DNA of 64,000 nucleotides from a bacterium (GTDB lineage Bacteria; Zhuqueibacterota; Zhuqueibacteria; Residuimicrobiales; Krinioviventaceae): NCBI GenBank assembly GCA_963674595.2, contig CAXXFV010000025.1, positions 25,159 to 89,158 of the forward strand, read 5' to 3'. Shown piece by piece: positions 20,472 to 30,336 of this stretch (position 1 is its first letter; each line of letters starts with the position of its first letter). The notes under the pieces were generated by a model. It saw only the letters and a program-made list of their open reading frames with translations, ran no database searches and was not told where the DNA came from. The position numbers and the translations under genes were made by a program.

Positions 20472-21032
20472 ATGATAAGTTACAAAAAATATGAGAAATG
20501 GTATAGTGATCATGATAATGATGATACATTCCTATTGATTGCTGTAAATTATGATCCTGAAAGCAAAGAAAAGTATATTCAGCAGAAAGGATTTGATTTA
20601 GAGTGTCCCATTTCAGACATTGAGAAATATTCTGATATACTTACTAACGTAATCTCAAAATTTGCAGGTAATTCTTTTCATGTTAAGTTACAATACGAAG
20701 AGTTTTCTTGGTACCCTGATTGGTTGTATAAGGAATATAAAGAAACCGAATATTTAAAAAAATATTTGGAAACGGTAAAACTGAAGAATAATTTTGAAGG
20801 TGAATTTGAGATATCAAATATAAAGGAGTTTTTAATTAATTTTTTAGATTATCCTTCAAAATATAGATATCAAGATATAGAGATTTTTTCAGTTGAATCT
20901 GATTTTGCCTTTGTTATTTCAGGGCATGGAACGTTTTGGTTTGTTCATGAGAATGAAGGTGTTCTAAAGGAGATTGGTAAATTATTAGATAATGAAGGCG
21001 TAACAGTAATGCCCTTAAAGTATTTAACATAA
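20472..21032 (+). CDS. putative cytoplasmic immunity protein for RHS toxin 2
   Basis: Acidic, AT-rich, no signal peptide, directly after the toxin gene. Confidence 0.65.
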   Translation: MISYKKYEKWYSDHDNDDTFLLIAVNYDPESKEKYIQQKGFDLECPISDIEKYSDILTNVISKFAGNSFHVKLQYEEFSWYPDWLYKEYKETEYLKKYLETVKLKNNFEGEFEISNIKEFLINFLDYPSKYRYQDIEIFSVESDFAFVISGHGTFWFVHENEGVLKEIGKLLDNEGVTVMPLKYLT

Positions 21033-21134
21033 GATACTATGCTCGCTCAGGAATTTCTTTTCTTGGTCGCTAAATAGGTTTAGGCATTTGACTTTTATAT
21101 TTGTACTATATGGTGCAATTATATTTTCCTTGGC

Positions 21135-21177
21135 AGAAAACAGGTGCGGTTAAATCGCCGCACCTGTTTTCTTTTTT
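21135..21177 (+). terminator. strong intrinsic terminator closing RHS locus 2
   Basis: AGAAAACAGGTGCGG / CCGCACCTGTTTTCT perfect 15-bp stem plus T-run. Confidence 0.85.
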
Positions 21178-21352
21178 AATAAACATTCCGTTAGGCGTTT
21201 TTTAGAAATCAGATATATTATTTGGTCAGGCCCAAAAGGTATTACCACAAAAACGAACATTTTGGTATCTGCTACTATCTTCATGTACATATTTCTGAAT
21301 TTTATGTACAGGACAAAACTTTCATGTACTAGGTGTGTACATATTTTATTTT

Positions 21353-22784
21353 GAGACTGTAAACTTTTTTGTGTAAATGAATATTACTATATTTGAATGA
21401 TCATACGGTCCTTAAAAATAATAGACAATTGCGACACAATAATGGGCCAATTAGCGATAGGTTTATTCCACTTTTTAGCAATGTCCCGATAAGCCAGGAA
21501 CAACATTTTTTTCAAAGCGTCATCATGGGGAAACAAAGATTTCGTCTTGGTCACTTTGCGTAATTGCCGATGAAGTGCTTCAACGCTATTGGTAGTATAG
21601 ATCAGTTTTCTGATTTCTTCCGAATACTGGAAATAGTTTGACAGGTTGCTCCAATTATTTTTCCACGAGTTTGTCACCACAGGATATTTTTTGCCCCATT
21701 TTTCTTCAAGATGTTCCAGTTGCAGTTCAGCATTCTCTTTGGTCGGACTCTGATAGACCAGTTTCAAGTCTTTGATGAATTCCTTTTGATGTTTGGACGC
21801 TACATAACGTAATGAATTCCGGATTTGGTGGATGACGCATAATTGTACGACTGCCTCAGGGAAAATCGTGGCAATGGCATCAGGGAAACCTTTTAATCCA
21901 TCAACGCAGGCAATGAGTATATCTTCAACACCACGGCTCTTTAAATCGGTCAACACGGACAACCAGAAATTAGCGCCTTCGGACTGGTCGATCCAGATGC
22001 CAAGCATTTCCTTCAATCCGTCACTGTTGATCCCCAAAACCGTATAGGCAGCTTTGTTGACAATACGACTTTCTTCGCGGATTTTATAATGAATAGCATC
22101 TAAATAAACAATAGGATAGAGTTTATCCAGAGGACGGGCCTGCCACTCCACGACAAACTCCCTGACCCGTTCGGTGACATTGGATATAAACGCCGGAGAA
22201 ACTTCCAGGCCATACAATTCATCAAGGTGCTCCTTGATGTCTCGTGTGGTCAATCCTTTAGCATACAGGGAGATGATGATCTCATCGATTTTGCCCAGAT
22301 CACGGTGGTGTTTTTTGATCAAAGCCGGATCAAATTCACCGTTGCGGTCGCGAGGGACTTTGATTTGAATTTCACCAAAGTCTGTTTTTACGGTTTTACT
22401 ACTGGCACCATTTCGGCTATTACCACTATTATCGCCTTCTGATGAATGCTTCTCATAACCCAGATGTTGGCTCATTTCCGCTTCCAGTATCTGGTCGGAC
22501 AAACCACGAATTAAATTCTTGACCACACCGTCTTTACCCAAAAGATCGTCTGCGGTCTTGCAGTTTTCAAAGTCTTTTTCAAGTTGCTTAATAAGTTCTG
22601 ATGTGAGTTTCATTGGTAAATTCTCCTGTGTTATTTTAAAATGTCATTTTCTTTGATAAAACACAAGTGAATTTACAGTCCCTGGCGAAAAAAATGTCAG
22701 TAAATCAAATTAGGCCGAAATTCAATAACCCTACGGGTCATTGAATCCTATGAAATTGATTTACACAAAACTTTGGACACTTCC
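21353..22784 (-). mobile_element. IS256-family insertion sequence
   Basis: 26-bp imperfect IRs (GAGACTGTAAACTTTTTTGTGTAAAT and GGAAGTGTCCAAAGTTTTGTGTAAAT) around the transposase; no target duplication. Confidence 0.9.
21387..22613 (-). CDS. IS256-family transposase
   Basis: NSRNG, VPRDRNGEF, IVYLDA, CVDGLKG, QLCVIHQIRNS, IYTTNSVE. Confidence 0.95.
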   Translation of the reverse strand: MKLTSELIKQLEKDFENCKTADDLLGKDGVVKNLIRGLSDQILEAEMSQHLGYEKHSSEGDNSGNSRNGASSKTVKTDFGEIQIKVPRDRNGEFDPALIKKHHRDLGKIDEIIISLYAKGLTTRDIKEHLDELYGLEVSPAFISNVTERVREFVVEWQARPLDKLYPIVYLDAIHYKIREESRIVNKAAYTVLGINSDGLKEMLGIWIDQSEGANFWLSVLTDLKSRGVEDILIACVDGLKGFPDAIATIFPEAVVQLCVIHQIRNSLRYVASKHQKEFIKDLKLVYQSPTKENAELQLEHLEEKWGKKYPVVTNSWKNNWSNLSNYFQYSEEIRKLIYTTNSVEALHRQLRKVTKTKSLFPHDDALKKMLFLAYRDIAKKWNKPIANWPIIVSQLSIIFKDRMIIQI

Positions 22785-22971
22785 GTCTATGGGAATCCTG
22801 CTGCTCCGTTACAGACTGTCGCTTATGATTATAACAGCCGTGATTGGATCTCCCAAATCGGTAGTAATCTTTTTACACAAAAACTGGGTTATCAGACGGC
22901 GGCTGATATCGCTTCCAGTGCGGCTTTTTCTGCAAATTTTTCTCCACAATATAATGGCAATATTTCCTGGA
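22785..22971 (+). pseudogene. fragment of a third RHS shell gene trapped between IS256 and IS21
   Basis: 55/62 aa identical to the segment encoded at ~16983-17168. Confidence 0.9.
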
Positions 22972-23069
22972 TGCGTATTCCGGTGAAAGTTGCCACTGAT
23001 TCCGGCTGAAAGTTTACCACTGAACAATCCAAACATTTAGACAATTTTAATTTATCATAGTGGCAATTT

Positions 23070-23810
23070 TCAGCCGGAATGTTTACTGAGAATTTTTCTC
23101 ATAGAATCTCCATTCATTTCAATTTTATATGAATTATGCACGAGACGATCACAGATAGCATCAGCAATAGTCGAACTGGCCATCAGCTCGTGCCAATGAG
23201 TAACCGGAAGTTGCGAAGTCATGATAGTAGACTGAATGTTATATCTGTCTTCCAACAACTCGAGCAAAATTAATTTACACTGTTCATCGATAGGATGCAA
23301 GCCGAAATCATCAATTATCAAGACGTTTTGTTTTTGAATTTTTAGCAGCTCTTTGACATATGTTCCCTCTGCCTTGGCAAATTTCAATTTCGAAAAGAGT
23401 TTGGCCGCATTGAAATAAAAAACAGTAAAACCATTTACGCAAGCCTGATGTCCGAGAGCACAAGCAATAAAACTTTTACCGATACCGGTTGGTCCTGTGA
23501 TAAGTATGTTTTCACTTTTTTGTACCCAGTCGCAGTTAGAAAGACGAAGGAACAAGTTTTTATCCAATTCCCTTTTATAGTTAAAATCAATTTGTTCCAA
23601 ACAACACTGATGACGAAACCTGGCAGCTTTTAAAATTCGTTCGAGCCGTCTGTTGTATCGTTCTTCCCACTCTGAATCGACAAGATGAGCGACCAGTTCA
23701 TCAGCAGTAAAGTTTTGGTTAAAGTTTTTTTGCAAAGTCGCATGAAAAGCATTGGCCATGCCATAAAGTTTCATGGTGTGCATTTTATCATAGGTTGCTT
23801 GATGAATCAT
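23070..23810 (-). CDS. istB: IS21 helper ATPase
   Basis: GPTGIGKS, LIIDDFG, TSQLPV, ADAICDRLVH. Confidence 0.95.
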   Translation of the reverse strand: MIHQATYDKMHTMKLYGMANAFHATLQKNFNQNFTADELVAHLVDSEWEERYNRRLERILKAARFRHQCCLEQIDFNYKRELDKNLFLRLSNCDWVQKSENILITGPTGIGKSFIACALGHQACVNGFTVFYFNAAKLFSKLKFAKAEGTYVKELLKIQKQNVLIIDDFGLHPIDEQCKLILLELLEDRYNIQSTIMTSQLPVTHWHELMASSTIADAICDRLVHNSYKIEMNGDSMRKILSKHSG

Positions 23811-25377
23811 GGTAATTCTCCCTGTTATAGTATTTTTGTCCTCTGACGTTTTGATGCTCCGGCAATGGTTTGTACTGTTCGGGTTGATATGTGTCCATTT
23901 TGTTTTCTAAAATTCTTTTTATGCCTCTGTAGGAATAATATTGAAAGCGAATAGCAATTCGACAAGCATTGTTCAAACGTTCTTTGGTATATTTTTTCTC
24001 TAAACCAAGTATCCCCATACAGACTTTATATGCTTGCTCCGGATGTTTTCTTTGAGCCAAAACCTGCTCTATGACGTGCTTTACATGGTCACCTGACTTT
24101 TGTGCCCAACTGATAAATCTATTCGGACTCCAATCATTGACAAACCTGTGATGTGACGGCATATGTTCTTTTACAGTTGTATAATGATTTGGAGAACAGT
24201 CTCTTTTATGAAAAGCAATTCTCTTGTTTTTGAAAAAAAGTTCGACAATGCTATCGGTATAAATTACAGTGATTTGCTTGCCACGGTAACGATAGGGCAC
24301 ACTGTAATAATGTTTGTCCTCACTGAGGTAAACATGATAGTTGAATTGAGCTTTCAGGCATTTAAACCGACGTCTTGTATATTTTTCTTTTGGCAGGTCC
24401 CGGAGTGCCGCCTTCTCTGTCTCATCAAATAATGCTTTTCTTGAGACTTTTAGTTTTTGCATGGGTTTTGAGTTATATTTTTCGAGTTCCTCCATAATCG
24501 CCTGATTAAGCTCTTCAAGGGTATGAAATATACGATTACGTAAACTTGCAAATATCCAGGCATATACGATTTTCACGGCACCTTCAACAAGAGCTTTATC
24601 TTTTGGAGCGTTTGGTCTGGCCGGTAAAATAGTTGTCTGAAAATGACGGGCGAAATCTATATACTCCGGATTGATATCAGGTTCATATTTATTTCCGATG
24701 TTTACTGCCGACTTTAGACAGTCCGGCACGATGGCTTTGGGAACACCGCCAAAATAGTAAAGTGCATTTTGATTTGCTTTTATCCAGTCTTCCTTTTTCT
24801 GGCTGATGGTGGCTTCCACATAAGTGTGTTGACTGGCGCCAAGAACGGCAACAAAAACTTCAACCTCCTTAATTTCACCGGTATGTCTGTCGACAATCTC
24901 GAGATGTTTACCAGTAAAGTCGACAAACATTTTATCCCCTGCTTTGTGATGAATATGCATGGTCAATTCGCTGCTGTTTCGCCATTGCTGGAAATGATAA
25001 CAAAATTGAGAATATCCATACCCATCAGGATATTCAGCTAGATACTCTTGCCATAGTCGATGTAGAGTGACCCCTGTTCGTTTTAATTCTTTAGATAAAT
25101 AATCGAATTGGCTGGATATAATTTTATATCGTTGGGAGTTGGATATATTTCTATCTTGTACGAGGGCTACAAGTGTGTCGTCATCCATGTCTTTTATGGC
25201 ATCATAATTTAGACCGGCATTTTTGATTTGTACAAAATATTGTTTTATAACGGGTCTGGAAATATTTAGCGCACGAGCTATGGCCCGGTCGCTTAAATTT
25301 GCTGTTTCTTTTAATCGGATGATTTCCCGTATCTTTTCCATGGGTATTCTCCTCATAGGCATAATATGTTCCTCCAT
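23788..25377 (-). CDS. istA: IS21 transposase
   Basis: N-terminal HTH, KMFVDFTG, IVPDCLKSAV, PKDKALVE. Confidence 0.95.
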   Translation of the reverse strand: MEEHIMPMRRIPMEKIREIIRLKETANLSDRAIARALNISRPVIKQYFVQIKNAGLNYDAIKDMDDDTLVALVQDRNISNSQRYKIISSQFDYLSKELKRTGVTLHRLWQEYLAEYPDGYGYSQFCYHFQQWRNSSELTMHIHHKAGDKMFVDFTGKHLEIVDRHTGEIKEVEVFVAVLGASQHTYVEATISQKKEDWIKANQNALYYFGGVPKAIVPDCLKSAVNIGNKYEPDINPEYIDFARHFQTTILPARPNAPKDKALVEGAVKIVYAWIFASLRNRIFHTLEELNQAIMEELEKYNSKPMQKLKVSRKALFDETEKAALRDLPKEKYTRRRFKCLKAQFNYHVYLSEDKHYYSVPYRYRGKQITVIYTDSIVELFFKNKRIAFHKRDCSPNHYTTVKEHMPSHHRFVNDWSPNRFISWAQKSGDHVKHVIEQVLAQRKHPEQAYKVCMGILGLEKKYTKERLNNACRIAIRFQYYSYRGIKRILENKMDTYQPEQYKPLPEHQNVRGQKYYNRENYHDSSSNL

Positions 25378-25449
25378 CGGCTTTTGTCCAATGGAGAAAA
25401 TTAATAATTATGTCTAAATGTTTGGAGAAAAAGAAAACCGAAAAAATTG

Positions 25450-25540
25450 GGGTGGCAATTTTCAACCGGATTGGGTGGCAGTTTTCAAACGGAACAGGTG
25501 GCAACTTTCACCGGATTGGGTGGCAATTTTGATCCGGAAT
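25450..25540. repeat. four ~22-23 bp IS21 subterminal repeats
   Basis: GGTGGCARYTTT...CGGA tandem units without spacers. Confidence 0.85.
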
Positions 25541-25890
25541 ATGCAGTATGATAGCTTATGTCCAATTTTTTAATTTTTTTTCTTACCTTAAAGCTACTAA
25601 ATAAATATTTGGCAATATTTGTGCAATTGCTGATTCCTGCTTATAAGGACAGAATTATAAATGAAATTCGATACAAGGACGCGTCAGGGGACAAATTACC
25701 AACAATATAAAAAAGTATAGAGAATGATTGAATCCAAGTCATGGGAGAGATGCGCTTATTGACAGCTACCAGGAAAGACTTTATAAAGAGTATCTTTAAA
25801 TCCACAAGTCTTTCGTTTGTGAGATATGGTATCAATTGATAAATATATTTTTTATATATAGAGTCAAGTTTTCTTGACGAAATTTATAAT

Positions 25891-25906
25891 TGGCACGGCA
25901 GTTGCA
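25891..25906 (+). promoter_or_regulatory. consensus sigma54 promoter TGGCACGGCAGTTGCA
   Basis: Exact TGGCACG-N4-TTGC match ~70 bp before the HTH gene. Confidence 0.7.
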
Positions 25907-25972
25907 GTGATATGTTGTAGAATATCTAATTAGGAGAAAATGATAAGATTGATTTGTTGAGGTGTTTTGTAT

Positions 25973-26176
25973 ATGCAAACAGTTTCTAATGAAAAACTGC
26001 CTAACTATGTTGATGAATATATGGTTTCTAAAATTACCGGAATTAAAGTATCTACTCTACGGGACCAACGGTTTAGACGGAAAGGATTACCATTCATAAA
26101 AATTGGTCGATTAGTTCGGTATGACCTGGATGTGATCATTGAAATATTTAAGAAAAATACTGTTAAATGTGATTAA
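25973..26176 (+). CDS. small MerR/AlpA-like HTH protein, probable excisionase (RDF)
   Basis: VSKITGIKVSTLRDQR...GLPFIKIGRLVRYD; GAGGTG RBS; ~440 bp from a tRNA att fragment. Confidence 0.75.
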   Translation: MQTVSNEKLPNYVDEYMVSKITGIKVSTLRDQRFRRKGLPFIKIGRLVRYDLDVIIEIFKKNTVKCD

Positions 26177-26615
26177 AATATAAAAATTGGGAGGGGAAAG
26201 ATGTTGGTTTTAAATGAAAAAGGCTTAGCTTATTATCTAAGCTTTTTTTATGTAATTTTTGAGGACCAGCATTAATCTTATGTCCTTTGTGGGATAAACG
26301 TAAATCAGTAAAAAAATACGGGGAAATTTTGAAGCCGTTTGATAGAATGGTTGCTTTTATTGACGCCTACCAGGAATCATTGATTCAAGTATGTATTTAA
26401 GACAAAAAACAGATCAGGGAACTTGTGTAAAAAATAGTTTTTGATGCAGTATAAATTTTTATAGAAGACAAAATTATATGAGATTAAAATATCAAAATTA
26501 GGTGGGGGATAGGGTGGGGGACGGTGTTTTATGATAAAGAAAATAGCTTAAAATATTACCATTTAAGCGTATGTTTTTATATAGATAAAAGATGATATAT
26601 TTTTGCAATTATTCA

Positions 26616-26662
26616 TTGGCCTCCGGAGCCAAAGGTTGTGGGTTCGATTCCCGCCTGGCGTA
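26616..26662 (+). other. 3' half of tRNA-Arg(CCG), probable attR of an integrated element
   Basis: Anticodon arm TTGGC-CTCCGGA-GCCAA, T-arm GTGGG-TTCGATT-CCCGC, acceptor 3' strand CTGGCGT-A; no D-arm or 5' acceptor strand upstream. Confidence 0.85.
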
Positions 26663-26904
26663 CTAAATAAATTATCTAAACACAAAAGCCCGTTAATTTG
26701 ACGGGCTTTTGTGTTTTATTGAGCACATTTTTTAGCGAAAATAGGGGAAAATGATGATAAAATGTGATACAAATGATAAATTTTAGTATTCAAAAGAAAT
26801 TGAATTTGTTTCTGCTTATGCGGTTCAGTGTGGATTTGCCAGTCAAGACAAATTATGATGAAGAAAAGTGATTAGACTGTAATGATTCAAGGTAAACTTG
26901 AGAA
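26662..26904 (+). repeat. post-tRNA segment, direct repeat copy 1
   Basis: 26662-26774 plus 26878-26904 match 37634-37775. Confidence 0.85.
26678..26717 (+). terminator. intrinsic terminator after the tRNA fragment
   Basis: AAACACAAAAGCCCGT / ACGGGCTTTTGTGTTT. Confidence 0.85.
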
Positions 26905-27547
26905 TACGTAACATTTATAATATTCGATTTACTCAATAATACAGGTCAAAAAAAACAAATATTTAATAAAAGGGTTGACTTTTTTAAATTAAATTATTTG
27001 TTTATTTAAACATAGTTTGTATATAAGACTATGTTTAGAATGATATGGGCGATTACAAATAATTTCAAACACTATTTAGTAAAAAATTAATAGGGTAGAA
27101 GATACTACATTATATTGGAGTAACTTGTCCGTAATTGTATAGACATAAAATCGTCTTATTCATGGATAGTTATGAATCTTTTATATTTTTATCTAAATGA
27201 AAATGCAGAGTCTATTCGTCTTGGTTTTGCCTGGTAAGCAATTGTCAAGCGTTAATAAAGGACACATTGGGTGTAATGGGCCTTTTTCTGTTTGAATTTC
27301 TCTGCATTTATAGTATAGAATTATTAGGGTATTATTCAACGGATTTTTACCTCTTAGATATTATGGCAAAATATTTATAATAGGAGAGCTGATCTGATTT
27401 TATAAGTATATGATTTATTTTTGGAAATATATGATGTAGAGGTTGCTTTTTAGTGTAAAATATTTGTCTATTATGATCTTAAATTTATTTGCACTGCAAG
27501 TTATTTAAATTACAAATGTTTTGACTCATTAGAAATCCTGTTGATTT

Positions 27548-27952
27548 ATGAAAAGAGTATTAATCGTACATCATTCGAGTAAAATCAGTGGCGCTGAAAA
27601 AAGCCTGATTGATTATATAGAGATTGCGTGCCGATTAAAATTTCACAATTTTCGTTTTCATTTTGTTTGTCCAAGGGGTGATCTTTATACCAAACTATGT
27701 TATTATGATGTTGTATTAGACACTTTACCTTTAAAAAGGTTAAAACGTACTAAAAATATTTTAAAATTAGCTAGGGATGTCATTCACATTGGTTTTATAA
27801 ATGCCAAAATGTATTATTTTTTGTTAAAAAATAAAATTGATCTTGTCCATGCTAATACCTCTACTTCTGCCTGCTATAGTATCTTGGCTGTAAAACTTTT
27901 AAATATTCCATTTATTTGGCATGTCCGGGACATCCGGGAAAGTTACTTATGA
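27548..27952 (+). pseudogene. GT4 glycosyltransferase N-terminal half, truncated by IS3
   Basis: SGAEKSL, IDLVHANT, IPFIWHVRD; the stop coincides with the IS end. Confidence 0.85.
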
Positions 27953-28625
27953 AGTTTACCTAAAAAATCAGACACAGAGAAAAGTTCGTTTTTGATTAAA
28001 TTGTTTTTCAAAGTTAACTGGTGAAATATAATTCAAGCTTGAATGAATTCGTTTGTGATTATAAAAGATGTCAATATAGTCAAAGATTTTTTGTTCAGCA
28101 TCGTGAAAGGATTCAAATCGCTCAAAAGAATAAAATTCTGATTTGAATGTATTAAAAAACTATTCCATAACAGCATTGTCATAACAATCACCTTTACGAC
28201 TCATACTTTGAATAATGCCATGTTCTTTTAAAAAAGTTTTAACTTCAATACTTGTATACTGAATACCTCGATCTGAATGAAAGATTAAACCTTTTTCCGG
28301 TTCACGACTGATAACAGCCTTCTTTAGAGCGTTCAGTACAAAGTCCAAAGACAGGTCACGACTCAAGGACCAGCTAATAATCTGCCGGGAAAATAAATCC
28401 ATAATCGCGACCAGATACATCCACTGATTCCGGACTTTGATAAAAGTAATATCAGAAAGCCAAATCTGGTCCGGCTGTTCAGCATGAAAGTTTTGTTTTA
28501 ACAAATTTGCAGCAACACGAAATTTATGTTTTGAATATGCCGTAGCTTTATATTTTTTCTTAATTTTTGAACGTATATTATTCTCTCGCATCAAGCGTGC
28601 AACACGATTTTTACTACTTTTTATG
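27950..28625 (-). mobile_element. IS3-family remnant (orfB with an internal stop)
   Basis: IR-like TGAAGTTTACCTAAAAAATCAGACA; WLSDITF, FHSDRGIQY, SMSRKGDCYDNAVME*FFNTFKSE...FYNHKRIHSSL. Confidence 0.9.
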
Positions 28626-28965
28626 AGCTATGGTTGAATAACCCACAAAATATGGCCCTGGGATATTTAATAAATTTTTAAAAACCACTTGCATTGATTT
28701 AACAAAATTTGTATAATCATCTATCAGATATAAAGGATTGCTTTTCAGGATGATTTGGTCGAACATGGGAGTTCCTGAAGTCTTTAGACTGATTTACCAC
28801 ACACATTAATGGGATTTAAAAACTACACGAGGAATAAATTGCGTCTGGTTCAAAATTTTATTCCTACTATAAAACAGATAAAATGCTGGACAGTAAAGCG
28901 TCCTGCCTATCTGGTAGTTTTTATTGTAAAGGTTAAAGGTAAACTTGAGAAAAGGCATATTTAAA

Positions 28966-29970
28966 TCAAGTTAGTTTTAAGCAGCCTTTACGGTTTTTTT
29001 GTTTTCCCATCTTCCTTGGCGGGCTAAGTTTCATATCACGTTCTTTGAAAATACTATCAACTTTTCCGGATAATTTGTCAAAGGAAGTAATAAATCCAAT
29101 AGTACTGTGTAACCAGTTTTCGTTGTATTGATGGATATACGTTGAGACTTTTTCCGGCATCCTCCAGATTAATCATAATTTGAATTCGGGTGCATTCATT
29201 TTTAATGCTTTTATGCAAAGCTTCAATTTTACCATTCGAGGTGAACGATAAATCTCGAAAGTCCGGCGTTCTAAAGGACACGATAGGTAGTTGACGGACT
29301 AACAACAACGACATTTTCATCAAGCATCATATAGATCAGTCGTTTCTAGCCGATTTGCATATGTTCCTTTTTGTATTTTATGATACGTTGACACTCCCAC
29401 GGTTCCAGCCAAAAGCTGCGAGGTGTGTCGCTATTATGTTGATTTGGTTGACCAAAACGGTTTTACCCGTCTTAGTATTGGGTCCATGACAAACCAATGG
29501 TCTTGAGTAATAAATTCAAAGGAACACCGGTTTTTGCCTTTAACGTTTACAGAGAGAACAAAGCATCATCTCTAACATCAGGAGCAAACCAGTTCTTTTT
29601 CAGGTTGCCCCAAAATACTTTTATAGCAAATCAACGACCTCTGTGGGGAGTTCGGTGATGTCTTTGCATTTTACTGACTTTTGTCTCAAGACGTTTTTCT
29701 TTGACAGATTTTCCTTTACGCTTTTTATGCTTGCCGAAAAAACCATTAAGCGCATTTTCAAAGAGCTCCACTTCCAACTATAGGATGAATATTATATTGT
29801 TTAGCTAATTCGGATATGCTGATCTTATTTTCTAAATGTTCTCTTAAAAGTTGGACTTTTTCTTCAGCAGTACAGCTTCTTCGTTTGCTCGTTGGGCCTC
29901 CATTTTCCATCATAGACTAATTTAATATTTTGGCCCTTTTCTTAATTTCAAAGATGAGTATTATAGTTCA
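28966..29970 (-). mobile_element. second, heavily degraded IS3-family element
   Basis: orfA-like KRRSCTAEEKVQLLREHLENKISISELA; orfB fragments SNGKIEALHKSIKNEC and YNENWLHSTIGFITS; many frameshifts; ends approximate. Confidence 0.7.
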
Positions 29971-30336
29971 ATAGACTGGATTCGTGTTTAGGGTCTAGAT
30001 TTTAGTTTAGAACGTCCAGATTTGACATATTAGTTTCCAACTCTATCGCCAGTTATACGAATTTAACCGGTACAGTTTTTATCGGTTTTATAATTCTGAT
30101 AACAAACTTGAAAAAGAAACAATTATTGATTTCATAATGATTGTATTCAAAGAACCTGAAAATCAATATCCTCCTTTGTCAAATGATCAGGTTACACTCT
30201 TAACATAGTAATAGACATTATTTTTTTGCACTTATCCTTACCGACATTGTCGGAAGGTCTTTAGATGAAAAAATAAATTAACATACAGCTTGTCTTTCTA
30301 CAAAATCTTGTGATTTTTTAATAGGAGAATGGGAAT

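Larger units (their letters stand above)
22972..25545 (-). mobile_element. IS21-family insertion sequence
   Basis: Ends TGCGTATTCCGG and CCGGAATATGCA; subterminal GTGGCAA...CCGGA repeats; istA-istB pair; no target duplication. Confidence 0.93.

Noticed and set aside
22785-22971. Diverged copy of an RHS segment as a DGR template repeat
   Set aside because: Differences are mostly synonymous and not adenine-specific; no reverse transcriptase in the window
22741-23036. ORFs 22741..22986, 22773..23009 and 22809..23036 as genes
   Set aside because: Chimeric frames spanning IS ends and the RHS relic
25450-25540. Short tandem repeats resembling a mini CRISPR array
   Set aside because: No spacers and no cas genes; they are IS21 subterminal repeats mirrored at the other IS end
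25641-25835. 64-aa minus-strand ORF
   Set aside because: No recognisable motif or RBS; overlaps the putative regulatory region
26570-26665. Complete tRNA-Arg gene
   Set aside because: No D-arm and no 5' strand complementary to CTGGCGT upstream
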